This document shows positions 27,197-34,662 of a DNA stretch of 39,033 nt, piece after piece. Under the pieces are notes generated by a model. That model was not told where the DNA came from, did no database searches, and was given only the letters and a program-made list of their open reading frames with translations. Location of the stretch: positions 1-39,033 of the forward strand of contig CAZXQV010000001.1 in the NCBI GenBank assembly GCA_964643195.1. Reading direction: 5' to 3'. Each line of letters opens with the position of its first letter. The first letter of the stretch is position 1. Source of the DNA: an uncultured bacterium. Lineage in GTDB: Bacteria > Chlamydiota > Chlamydiia > Chlamydiales > JAAKFR01. The position numbers and the translations under genes are program-made.

Positions 27197-28635
27197 CGAT
27201 TTACCTTCTGATCGGCTCTAAAGAGCTCTGTTTCGAATTCAAGTAGGTTGGCAAGATCTTCAAAGAGCTTTTCTAGACGGTGCATGCTGCTCTCCACCAT
27301 CTCCTGCAAATCTTCACGTCTATGTTTGAGCTCTGCCAAACGGATTTGATGCTCACGGATCTTCGCTAATCGATTTCTATGTTTGTAATTGCTCACGCCT
27401 TCACCGAAACTGGTCGTCCCATAACCCATCATGATGACACCACCCATGACCATTTGAGAGGCTTCCATTGCCTGCTTCACTGCAGTAAATCCACCGAAAA
27501 CCACCGCTGCACCACTTAAAATGAAGCAGAGGACTGTGATGCCGATCTGCATCCACATGATTATCGAACGCTTCTGCTCAGGTGTGCCTGGAAGTTTTTC
27601 TGCAATCTTCTCCCAAGCTCCAGTCAACTGCATCAACTGGTTGGTGACCATGATGAGCCCGGCAAACAAAAGCAGCGCTCCTGCAACAACTCCGACTCCA
27701 GTCATGATGAGCGCAATCCCTGTCATGATGCCGAGAAAGCTTGTGAACCAAGAGAAAACCTGTGTCGCAACAGACCAGCGCTTGGTCGATTTTTCATCAT
27801 CGATCGCCTTCTTCATTTCAGCAAGCCGCTCCACGTGTGTCTTGTCGGTCTCTTCCTGGTTAAGACGGATCTGCTGCTTCGTCTGGTAATGCGAGCGCGA
27901 GTCGGAGATAAGGCCCATTTTCGTCAAAATGTAGTAGAGCGCGAAAATTCCCATTCTAGGTCTAACTAGAAAAGGTTTGTTACAAGAGGGCTCCATTTTT
28001 GTGTAAGTGTGAACCTTTGGGAGAGCAGGAATTGGAGTGGCTCTCACTCCTTGGCCGCGCAAGTCGTCTTCAATCTCGTAGGTCCAATTGCGCTTTCTCT
28101 CTTCACCCTGGTCAAGAGAATCCCGGACGCGGACTTCCGCTTGCTGATGGGTTTGCGTGCTCACTTCACCGCGTTTGCAAAGAGGGGAGCTCGTTTCACG
28201 CTTATATCCTCTTTCTACATCTTTGTTGGGCAGCGGCGTTGTTTTAGAGTGAGAATGCTCTATATGGGGCTTTTGTTGAAAGGGTTTTGGCAGGGGAGGC
28301 ATTGCAATCCGGGTCAGCATCCGAGGGAGTGATTGCTCAACAGACCTCTCTATGCGGTTTGCAAAAGAGGTCTCGTATTTTTTTTGATTGGCTTCAAGAA
28401 CGCGCGCTTTGAGCGTAGACGTTTGCTTAGCTTCTACTCCTACTTCTACTTCTACTTTATGGTTCTCCTGGAGCTGCTTTCTTATTTCCATTAACTTCGA
28501 AGAAGATGCTTTTTGCTCACTGCATGAAAAATCATGCGTTTGGCCTTTGATTGTGCCCTTTTGTTCATCTTTAGGACATTCGGGCTCAAGATCAATGGCC
28601 GCCTCACCGATTGCCCAGGCGGGAATGGCTAACAT
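27193..28635 (-). CDS. copB: T3S translocator, CopB/YopB/IpaB-like (two TM segments)
   Basis: It immediately follows a class II TPR chaperone gene. The N-terminal half is hydrophilic. Two long hydrophobic segments are present (FTSFLGIMTGIALIMTGVGVVAGALLLFAGLIMV; IIMWMQIGITVLCFILSGAAVVFGGF), then a C-terminal coiled coil (RLAELKHRREDLQEMVE...). Confidence 0.7.
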   Translation of the reverse strand: MLAIPAWAIGEAAIDLEPECPKDEQKGTIKGQTHDFSCSEQKASSSKLMEIRKQLQENHKVEVEVGVEAKQTSTLKARVLEANQKKYETSFANRIERSVEQSLPRMLTRIAMPPLPKPFQQKPHIEHSHSKTTPLPNKDVERGYKRETSSPLCKRGEVSTQTHQQAEVRVRDSLDQGEERKRNWTYEIEDDLRGQGVRATPIPALPKVHTYTKMEPSCNKPFLVRPRMGIFALYYILTKMGLISDSRSHYQTKQQIRLNQEETDKTHVERLAEMKKAIDDEKSTKRWSVATQVFSWFTSFLGIMTGIALIMTGVGVVAGALLLFAGLIMVTNQLMQLTGAWEKIAEKLPGTPEQKRSIIMWMQIGITVLCFILSGAAVVFGGFTAVKQAMEASQMVMGGVIMMGYGTTSFGEGVSNYKHRNRLAKIREHQIRLAELKHRREDLQEMVESSMHRLEKLFEDLANLLEFETELFRADQKVNR

Positions 28636-29093
28636 GGTTGCAACTCCCGGGCTAATTCGAAAGCAATCAAAGCTTCCTTCTCGTTGCCGATCGCTTTATA
28701 ACAATCATGAGCATAGAGGTGAGGCGCAGGGTTAGTATGATCTAAAAGAGTGACCACAGCATAAGCTTGGAGGGCCTTTTCAAAACGCTCTAAAAGCTGC
28801 AAGCAAGCTCCAAGCCCCATCCAAAAGCGCGGCTGATAGGGGTCTAGAATGATGAGGAAGCGAAATCCATTAGACGCTGCTTTGAATTCATCATCAGCAT
28901 AAAGAGTATAGGCTTCCGTATAGAGCTCTTCCATTTCATCGTCAGAGATATCAAAGGCGAGCTTCAATGTTTCACTTTTCAGCAGTTTATTCGGGATGAA
29001 GTCCTCAAGATAAGCATCAAAATCGTCAGGGAAGGGATTGTCTTCCCCACGGATCTTCCCAACTCTCGCGATAACCTCTTCTATCTTACTCAC
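28629..29093 (-). CDS. class II type III secretion chaperone (TPR; LcrH/SycD/Scc2-Scc3 family)
   Basis: FRFLIILDPYQPRFWMGLGACLQLLERFEKALQAYAVVTLLDHTNPAPHLYAHDCYKAIGNEKEA parallels SycD/LcrH (Y-SRFFLGLGACRQ...A--Y...P-F-AAEC). GTG start overlaps the upstream stop by 1 nt. Confidence 0.88.
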   Translation of the reverse strand: MSKIEEVIARVGKIRGEDNPFPDDFDAYLEDFIPNKLLKSETLKLAFDISDDEMEELYTEAYTLYADDEFKAASNGFRFLIILDPYQPRFWMGLGACLQLLERFEKALQAYAVVTLLDHTNPAPHLYAHDCYKAIGNEKEALIAFELARELQPC

Positions 29094-30202
29094 TATGGCC
29101 TCATGTTATGGATGATCGTGTCGATGACCTCTTTCAGCAATTTCAGAACGTTAGAACGTGCTTGGTGGCATTGAGAAGCCTCTTGTAGGTAGCGCTGCAT
29201 GTCGGTGCGCTCCAACTGAGTGATTTTTTCCATGCTATCCTTGCGCATCTGGATATTCTCTTTCAGTAGATGCTTCTCACTCTCTTCCCATTTGTACTTA
29301 CCTTCAGGAAGGTCGACGCCGATTTCGCGTGCACGGTCGACGAGTTCTTTCATCTGGGGATCATTACTCCAATCGATTGCCTTCCCAGCATTGTTGATTT
29401 TCGCCATCAAAAGGCTTAGTGTATCGATCTTATCAGTACGGTCTTTAATTTTGATGTAGAGCTGGTGCGCTTCAGCTTCTGCTTGGCCAAGGATCCGTGC
29501 CATCAATGCCATGAACTTGACATAGATGTTGTCGATCGACTCCAAGTTCACTGTCTGATTGGGTGGTGTCGTTGTCGAAACTTTTTTGCCCAGCACCTTG
29601 TTGATCGAGGCATGAGGTTGCTTTTTCTTCTGATCACCCGGCTGTTGATCCCGCTTTTGACCGCCACCTGCTTCACGCTCTTCGACCTTGAGGCTATTGC
29701 TATTCTTCTCAATATTTTTCTGGGTAGTTGGCGGAGTGGCGACTTGCACTGTCGCTGGTTGGTTGACTGGCACAAGAGGCTCAGTCTGCTTCGCAGCTGC
29801 GCTATTCATAGCGCTGGCCAAGGAGAAGAGGGAGCGGTGGACTTCTGGTTTTTGTGCCGCCATTTTGGCAACATCCGCTCTCCTATTTGCGCCAACTGGC
29901 TCTTGATTGCTTGGTTGAGATTCCTCTTGCAGCACTCTCAGCATGACATGGATGTCATTCATCAACTGGATTTGATCAGGCGGAATGTGAGAGAAGGTTT
30001 TCCCCTCTGGCATCTTGGCATCCGCGATCATCTTCGGTAGCGCTCGAGCCAGTTCAAAGAGTTGGGTCAGCATTTCGCTATTGGGAAGGAGAGTGACCAT
30101 GTGGAGACCTAATTCACCTTCGACAGAAGGGGGCATCATGCCGATTGGACCGATTTCTCCCTCCATGCCGATCGTTGGCATTGGTAAGACAGTGGATGTC
30201 AT
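29093..30202 (-). CDS. hypothetical T3S-associated protein, first gene of the translocator operon (occupies the LcrV/tip-protein position)
   Basis: Strong SD (aaggagaaaaaaATG). It is translationally coupled to the chaperone gene. The N-terminus is Pro/Gly/Met-rich, the middle is low-complexity and charged, and the C-terminal ~140 aa look helical or coiled. No enzymatic motif. Confidence 0.6.
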   Translation of the reverse strand: MTSTVLPMPTIGMEGEIGPIGMMPPSVEGELGLHMVTLLPNSEMLTQLFELARALPKMIADAKMPEGKTFSHIPPDQIQLMNDIHVMLRVLQEESQPSNQEPVGANRRADVAKMAAQKPEVHRSLFSLASAMNSAAAKQTEPLVPVNQPATVQVATPPTTQKNIEKNSNSLKVEEREAGGGQKRDQQPGDQKKKQPHASINKVLGKKVSTTTPPNQTVNLESIDNIYVKFMALMARILGQAEAEAHQLYIKIKDRTDKIDTLSLLMAKINNAGKAIDWSNDPQMKELVDRAREIGVDLPEGKYKWEESEKHLLKENIQMRKDSMEKITQLERTDMQRYLQEASQCHQARSNVLKLLKEVIDTIIHNMRP

Positions 30203-30328
30203 TTTTTTCTCCTTAAGAATTTTCTAGAGAATATAGGGTACATCTTCGCGGATTTTATCGCAAATAGAGGCAAGAAAGTAGAAAAGTTTATCTTATAATA
30301 TATATAATTTATTTTATTAAACCAGAGA

Positions 30329-30358
30329 TTGACCAGAATTGTCATGGTAGGGCAGAAT
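30329..30358 (+). promoter_or_regulatory. candidate sigma-66/70-type promoter for the tRNA-Leu pair
   Basis: TTGACC (30329-30334), 18-nt spacer, CAGAAT (30353-30358), about 13 nt before the first tRNA. Confidence 0.35.
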
Positions 30359-30371
30359 CGTCCCTCCATCT

Positions 30372-30453
<82 letters not shown>

Positions 30454-30473
30454 ATTGGTTTTTAGTTTTGTGC

Positions 30474-30557
30474 GCCCTGGTGGTGAAATTGGTAGACACG
30501 CTAGCTTCAGGTGTTAGAGCTCTCACGGGCATGTAGGTTCGAGTCCTATCCAGGGCA
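30474..30557 (+). tRNA. tRNA-Leu (anticodon CAG)
   Basis: Acceptor gccctgg/ccagggc plus A. Anticodon stem-loop ctagc-ttCAGgt-gttag. Long variable arm. The T-arm is identical to that of the first tRNA. Confidence 0.93.
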
Positions 30558-30574
30558 CATTACCGAACGTTTTG

Positions 30575-30802
30575 TCAAAAAGACCTAAATGTCCGGCTTT
30601 TTTTATTTTCTATCTCATTCTGAAACAACCAGATAAGAGCAACTACTTCGCTCAATCCAGTGGTTCGATATTTCCCATCTTCAAAAACCAGTTTTCCAGT
30701 GAATATTGAACCAAGAAGTTTTTTTCTAATATGTCGAGATGCTTGGCTGTAGTGCAAGTCGAGGTTGCCCGAAAGAGACATGTCATAGCGAGAGTGCTTC
30801 AT
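30575..30802 (-). CDS. hypothetical small protein (possible gene remnant)
   Basis: ORF only (75 aa from ATG 30802). No motif recognised and no clear SD. It lies directly after the tRNA pair at the edge of the islet. Confidence 0.3.
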   Translation of the reverse strand: MKHSRYDMSLSGNLDLHYSQASRHIRKKLLGSIFTGKLVFEDGKYRTTGLSEVVALIWLFQNEIENKKSRTFRSF

Positions 30803-30811
30803 CCTTTTTAG

Positions 30812-30871
30812 CAACTCACCTTACCTGGACGATGATGATTCAAAAGCAGTCCCTCAGAGGTAAGGTGAGTT
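30812..30871. repeat. hairpin formed by two inverted copies of the aactcaccttacct motif
   Basis: caactcaccttacctggac (30812-30830) and aggtaaggtgagtt (30858-30871), with a 31-nt loop. The same motif bounds the 31745-33038 segment. Confidence 0.8.
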
Positions 30872-30927
30872 AGCAAAATAGAATTCTTTGCTGGTGTTAT
30901 TTGGGAATATTGGCTAAAAATGACGTC

Positions 30928-31704
30928 ATGAGAAAATTTTCTTTAGAAATAGGTGAAATCTCCTATCTGGTAGAAGGAGAAGGTGCTCAAGGTTTTCTAC
31001 TCGTACATAACTCGGGGGGAAGCCATGAGATGATGAGTCATACAACAGCTCATTTCTCGAAAAAAGGAAGAGTCATTGTTCCAGATCTTCTCGGACATAG
31101 TCTCAGCGACTCTCCTAAAATGGAATACACTTTAACTGTTTTTGCAGAAAGCTTGATTCAGCTTTGCAAGCATGAGAAAATGAAGAGAGTCATTTTGATT
31201 GGCCTGAACTATGGAGCAAATATCGGCATTGAGATAGCCAAGATGGTTCCGGAGCTTGTTTCCCACCTGATTCTCATAGAGCCGCCGATTTTCATGGAAC
31301 CTTGGATTGTCAAAGTTGTGGAGCAGCAAATCCAAGAGCTGGTGAATCCTCGTGAAAATTGGGCTCAAGAGAGTGTCGATTCGACTATTGTAAAAGTGGC
31401 TGAGCTTGAACGGGGGATTGCCCTGAAGGCTTTGAAGGCAACTCCTCACTTTGTCAAAATCTCAACGTATAAACATCTTTTAGCATGGGATAAAGAGCAT
31501 GTATTTAACTGCTTGATTCCTACATTGATGATTCAGGGATCAAAGCCGTTTTGTGCTGAGGAAAAGGCGCGCACGGTTTTCTCACATCTCCAGGTTGGTC
31601 GTGTTGTAGGTTCTGGACCTTGGCTTAATCTAGAAGTCCCTACCCAAGTGCATTCTATGATCGATAGATTTCTTGATTTAATGAGTGCTTGGTCCAAACA
31701 ATGA
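30928..31704 (+). CDS. alpha/beta-hydrolase-fold protein with non-canonical nucleophile elbow
   Basis: LVHNSGGSHEMM (HG-like region), PDLLGHSLSD and GLNYGANIG in the place of GxSxG. The C-terminal His region is VPTQVHSMI. The start is ATG 30928 (or TTG 30901). Confidence 0.7.
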   Translation: MRKFSLEIGEISYLVEGEGAQGFLLVHNSGGSHEMMSHTTAHFSKKGRVIVPDLLGHSLSDSPKMEYTLTVFAESLIQLCKHEKMKRVILIGLNYGANIGIEIAKMVPELVSHLILIEPPIFMEPWIVKVVEQQIQELVNPRENWAQESVDSTIVKVAELERGIALKALKATPHFVKISTYKHLLAWDKEHVFNCLIPTLMIQGSKPFCAEEKARTVFSHLQVGRVVGSGPWLNLEVPTQVHSMIDRFLDLMSAWSKQ

Positions 31705-31744
31705 TCGATCAACCCCGAGAGCTTTGAGGACAGGTCAAAATTAT

Positions 31745-31771
31745 CAACTCACCTTACCTGGACTTTGTACA
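31745..31771. repeat. left 27-nt inverted repeat bounding a 1.29-kb segment
   Basis: caactcaccttacctggactttgtaca. Its reverse complement occurs at 33012-33038 with 1 mismatch. The first 19 nt also occur at 30812-30830. Confidence 0.85.
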
Positions 31772-31781
31772 AAGTCGAGAT

Positions 31782-32711
31782 TTAAATCTTGCAATTAGTA
31801 TCAGCTATATACCTAAGATCGGTATCAAGCATTTTTGAAGTCAAACTTAATAGCCATTGACTAACTGAATTCATGTATTGGGGAATATTGCCTTCAAAAG
31901 ATGGAGGGGTGGATTTGAGTGTTTTCAACCTTTCGTGGAGAGATGCCAATAAGTTTCGTATTTCCACGACCTGCGTGCTCTCAGATGAATCCTGAAAGCT
32001 TTGTAAGCAATTTCGAATAGGTATCATCACTTCAATAATATGACGCCATTGTGGATTATACTTTGGCAAGGGACCTAAGATCTTTAGCAGCTGTTCTCTT
32101 TTTGACAATCGGTATCGTTGCTCATTCCTCACAAGCGATCGATCCAATAATCCACTCAACCACAACTCTTGTAGAATCTCGGCTAGATTTCGTTTGGAAT
32201 AACCAATCTCCATAGTATCTGAAATTGAAAAGGGAATGTCTTCATGAGTCAGAAAAAATGTAACAATATCTGCTCGTGCTCCTGTTCCAAACAAAGATCT
32301 AGCTCTCATATTGAAAAGTGCTGGAGAGTCCAAGGAGCGCAAATAGGACTTATGGCTTAGTTTGATCGCTAATGGTGTGGTTTTTTGAAAAACTGGCCAC
32401 TGAGCACGAGAAACAGAATTTAGAGTGGAAGAATATTTGGAAAATGCCTCTAGAACGCTGAAATCATACTTTTTTATAAGAGATTTCAATCGGCTAACAG
32501 AAATAAAATGATGGTATTGAGAACACCAATCTAAAGATTCATCTCGTAATCGAGGATCTGTCTCAGCTAAAATCGCAGTGAGTACAATGAGGTCTTCTAA
32601 AGAGATCAAACAATTTTGATGTTTCCTCTTATGTCCTTGAACACCTAGTTCTGTCCATAGGCTCCACGCAAGGTCCAAAAGACGTTGATCTAATTCTTTA
32701 ATCAGGTGCAT
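31782..32711 (-). CDS. hypothetical protein with central winged-helix-like segment
   Basis: 309-aa ORF. Residues ~150-205 (GARADIVTFFLTHEDIPFSISDTMEIGYSKRNLAEILQELWLSGLLDRSLVRNEQRYRL) look like a MarR/wHTH fold. Its start is overlapped by the end of an upstream ORF fragment. Confidence 0.6.
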   Translation of the reverse strand: MHLIKELDQRLLDLAWSLWTELGVQGHKRKHQNCLISLEDLIVLTAILAETDPRLRDESLDWCSQYHHFISVSRLKSLIKKYDFSVLEAFSKYSSTLNSVSRAQWPVFQKTTPLAIKLSHKSYLRSLDSPALFNMRARSLFGTGARADIVTFFLTHEDIPFSISDTMEIGYSKRNLAEILQELWLSGLLDRSLVRNEQRYRLSKREQLLKILGPLPKYNPQWRHIIEVMIPIRNCLQSFQDSSESTQVVEIRNLLASLHERLKTLKSTPPSFEGNIPQYMNSVSQWLLSLTSKMLDTDLRYIADTNCKI

Positions 32712-32904
32712 AGAGGACCTCTAGCGCTTTATCAAGTTCGCTCGCAAAAACCTGTGATACATCATGACCCAGACACCAATTCTTTGCCTTTTTAAGTTCT
32801 TTGTCAGAAGGTTTTAAAGCTATTAGATCAGCAAAGTGTTTGCTCCTGGGTCCTTTTTCCCGCCTAATCGATAAGATAATCTGCTCGATTCGAGCATTTA
32901 AACT
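32698..32904 (-). pseudogene. start-less ORF fragment (68 codons) overlapping the start of the 309-aa gene
   Basis: The open frame reads SLNARIEQIILSIRREKGPRSKHFADLIALKPSDKELKKAKNWCLGHDVSQVFASELDKALEVLYAPD*. It is bounded upstream by TGA and has no ATG/GTG/TTG. Its stop lies 11 nt inside the downstream gene. Confidence 0.3.
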
Positions 32905-32949
32905 TCATGATAATAGAATAGAATTTCTTTTTCAATAAGGATTCTTGGC

Positions 32950-32992
32950 AGAGTCGGCTGGAAGTAGACACGCTAGCTTCAGTATGTTAGCT
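32950..32992 (+). pseudogene. tRNA-Leu(CAG) fragment (D-arm to anticodon arm)
   Basis: gtagacacgctagcttcag (32964-32982) is identical to 30491-30509 of the intact tRNA-Leu(CAG). The flanks are partly similar (...tatgttagc versus gtgttagagc). There is no acceptor or T-arm. Confidence 0.7.
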
Positions 32993-33011
32993 TAATGATT
33001 TATTTTTTGAA

Positions 33012-33038
33012 TGTACAAAGTCCAGGTAATGTGAGTTG
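33012..33038. repeat. right 27-nt inverted repeat bounding the 1.29-kb segment
   Basis: tgtacaaagtccaggtaatgtgagttg is the reverse complement of 31745-31771 with 1 mismatch. It ends one nt before the stop codon of the CPBP gene. Confidence 0.85.
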
Positions 33039-33860
33039 TTAATCGATCTTTTGAGGGGAGGGTGCCCACTTTCTTAAACGGATCGAATCGTATGTTGCAA
33101 ATAGCGACAGAACAATAATCCCAACTACTCCAGGAACACTCACCCAGAAGAGGTTAGGGTCGATAAAAATGAGAATCGAAACTCCCGCCACGGCATTCAT
33201 CGTTCCATGAAAAATGGCCGGATAGATTACAGGCAGATTGCGCGCTCTATAGGCACACAGTAAAGGAGACAATGCCATACAAAATAACACCATCATCCCC
33301 ACGCCTAAATAGGGCATCTCAGGATAATTTAAGCCAAAAAGTACAACAAGGGGCGCATGCCAAAGCCCCCACAATAAACCGATCAATAAGGAAGCCTTCA
33401 AAAAACCATGATGCTTCAACTTTTCCCAAAGATACCCTCTCCACATCAACTCTTCCCCAAGCGCTGCAACCATATTCACAGATACCCCAGCCAAAATCGC
33501 GATTAGAGAAAAGTAAACAGAAGCAACTACGATGAAAAGCGCTGGAGGCAATGATCGAAACAAAGGCGGCAAAGAATAGCGAATCTGATCAAATCCGGCA
33601 TATTGTGCAAAAGGAAGGCTAACTAATGAGATAACTAAGACAACAAGAAGCGCTTTTAAACAAACCTTCAAAAATCTCCAAGTTGGCTTTGCAAGAATAG
33701 GAATCTTAAATCCCTCATTCTTAGCAAAAATCAGAGCGAGCACTCCAGGTAGCCACATCAAAACAAACCCGAAGGCCACAAAAGGAATGTGTACCTGTCC
33801 ATATAGTGTATAAAGGATCACAAAAAGGCCAGTCAGTCCATAGAGTAAAGCATACTTCAT
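33039..33860 (-). CDS. CPBP-family (CAAX/Abi) intramembrane metalloprotease
   Basis: Multi-TM protein with GEELMWRGYLW, LWGLWHAP and IFHGTMNA motifs. Confidence 0.85.
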   Translation of the reverse strand: MKYALLYGLTGLFVILYTLYGQVHIPFVAFGFVLMWLPGVLALIFAKNEGFKIPILAKPTWRFLKVCLKALLVVLVISLVSLPFAQYAGFDQIRYSLPPLFRSLPPALFIVVASVYFSLIAILAGVSVNMVAALGEELMWRGYLWEKLKHHGFLKASLLIGLLWGLWHAPLVVLFGLNYPEMPYLGVGMMVLFCMALSPLLCAYRARNLPVIYPAIFHGTMNAVAGVSILIFIDPNLFWVSVPGVVGIIVLSLFATYDSIRLRKWAPSPQKID

Positions 33861-34090
33861 TTTTTCAATAACCAGAGTACAAGGTTTATAATCACCGTCA
33901 GAAAGAGGCTTAACAAAAAAGAGGTCATTAAAGGAAGGTAAAGAACAAATTTCTCGCCCCCAAACTTCATATCACCTGGAAATTTTCCAACGGCCAGGCC
34001 AATTTTGGTCCCACCCCAAATCAATGTCCCAATAAATGAAACTCCTAAACCAAAGAATAGGAGCCATTTACTAATTGCTAAACTATCCAT
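33857..34090 (-). CDS. DUF2905-family small membrane protein
   Basis: 77 aa, with GKFPGDMKFGGEKFVLYLPLMTSFLLSLFLTVIINL matching the l-lPGDi-----n--fyfPi-tsi--S pattern. 4-nt overlap with the CPBP gene. Confidence 0.7.
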   Translation of the reverse strand: MDSLAISKWLLFFGLGVSFIGTLIWGGTKIGLAVGKFPGDMKFGGEKFVLYLPLMTSFLLSLFLTVIINLVLWLLKK

Positions 34091-34206
34091 CGCTTTAGAG
34101 AATTATCGCACTTAAAAAAAATGTCAACTGATAATTTGTTCTCGCACTATAATTAAAAAAATCACTATAATTAAAACTGGTTCAGGTCATCAAGAGAGGG
34201 AGCTCG

Positions 34207-34662
34207 ATGAAAATTATCAGATGCGCGCTATTAGCTGTCTTTGCAACGCTCCCAGCGCTTCAATTTGCTCAGCCACAAGTGGAAGTTTATGAAAGCGAAT
34301 TTGCTGAAGATTCTAACAATCATATACATGAAGAATGGCATCTTCGACCTTATGATGAGGAATTTCGAGAAGAAGAGAATCCATACGTTCAAATAGATGG
34401 GCTTGAGAGCGAGACATTTATTGAAGAGTCGAATGGGGGTGAGTACTACGAAGATGAAGAATATCCAGTTTCAACACAAGATGAGATTAATCGTGGGGGA
34501 GTTGGAAGAGTCTATGTCTATTATGGAACCGGCAGACCGAGAGCCTACTACAACCGCCGCTACTTTTATCATAGAAAAGGGTATCCTTATGGCCCTTACT
34601 ACTATCGCTATTACTACTACCCGTATCAGCGCTCAGCTCGTTACTATCAGAGAGGTTGGTAG
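34207..34662 (+). CDS. secreted bipartite low-complexity protein (acidic middle, Tyr/Arg-rich tail)
   Basis: SD gagggag, signal peptide MKIIRCALLAVFATLPALQFAQP, an E/D-rich region, and the tail YYNRRYFYHRKGYPYGPYYYRYYYYPYQRSARYYQRGW. Confidence 0.7.
   Translation: MKIIRCALLAVFATLPALQFAQPQVEVYESEFAEDSNNHIHEEWHLRPYDEEFREEENPYVQIDGLESETFIEESNGGEYYEDEEYPVSTQDEINRGGVGRVYVYYGTGRPRAYYNRRYFYHRKGYPYGPYYYRYYYYPYQRSARYYQRGW

Noticed and set aside
27521-30040. Antisense ORFs inside the T3S operon (122, 82, 107, 115, 79, 191, 72 aa on the plus strand)
   Set aside because: All are embedded opposite well-supported, translationally coupled minus-strand genes. Their peptides are Cys/Arg/Leu-rich low-information sequences with no SD.
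30575-30814. Integrase or recombinase remnant next to the tRNA genes
   Set aside because: The position is suggestive, but the 75-79-aa peptide shows no tyrosine-recombinase (R-H-R-Y) or serine-recombinase motif that I can recognise. It is kept only as a low-confidence hypothetical ORF.
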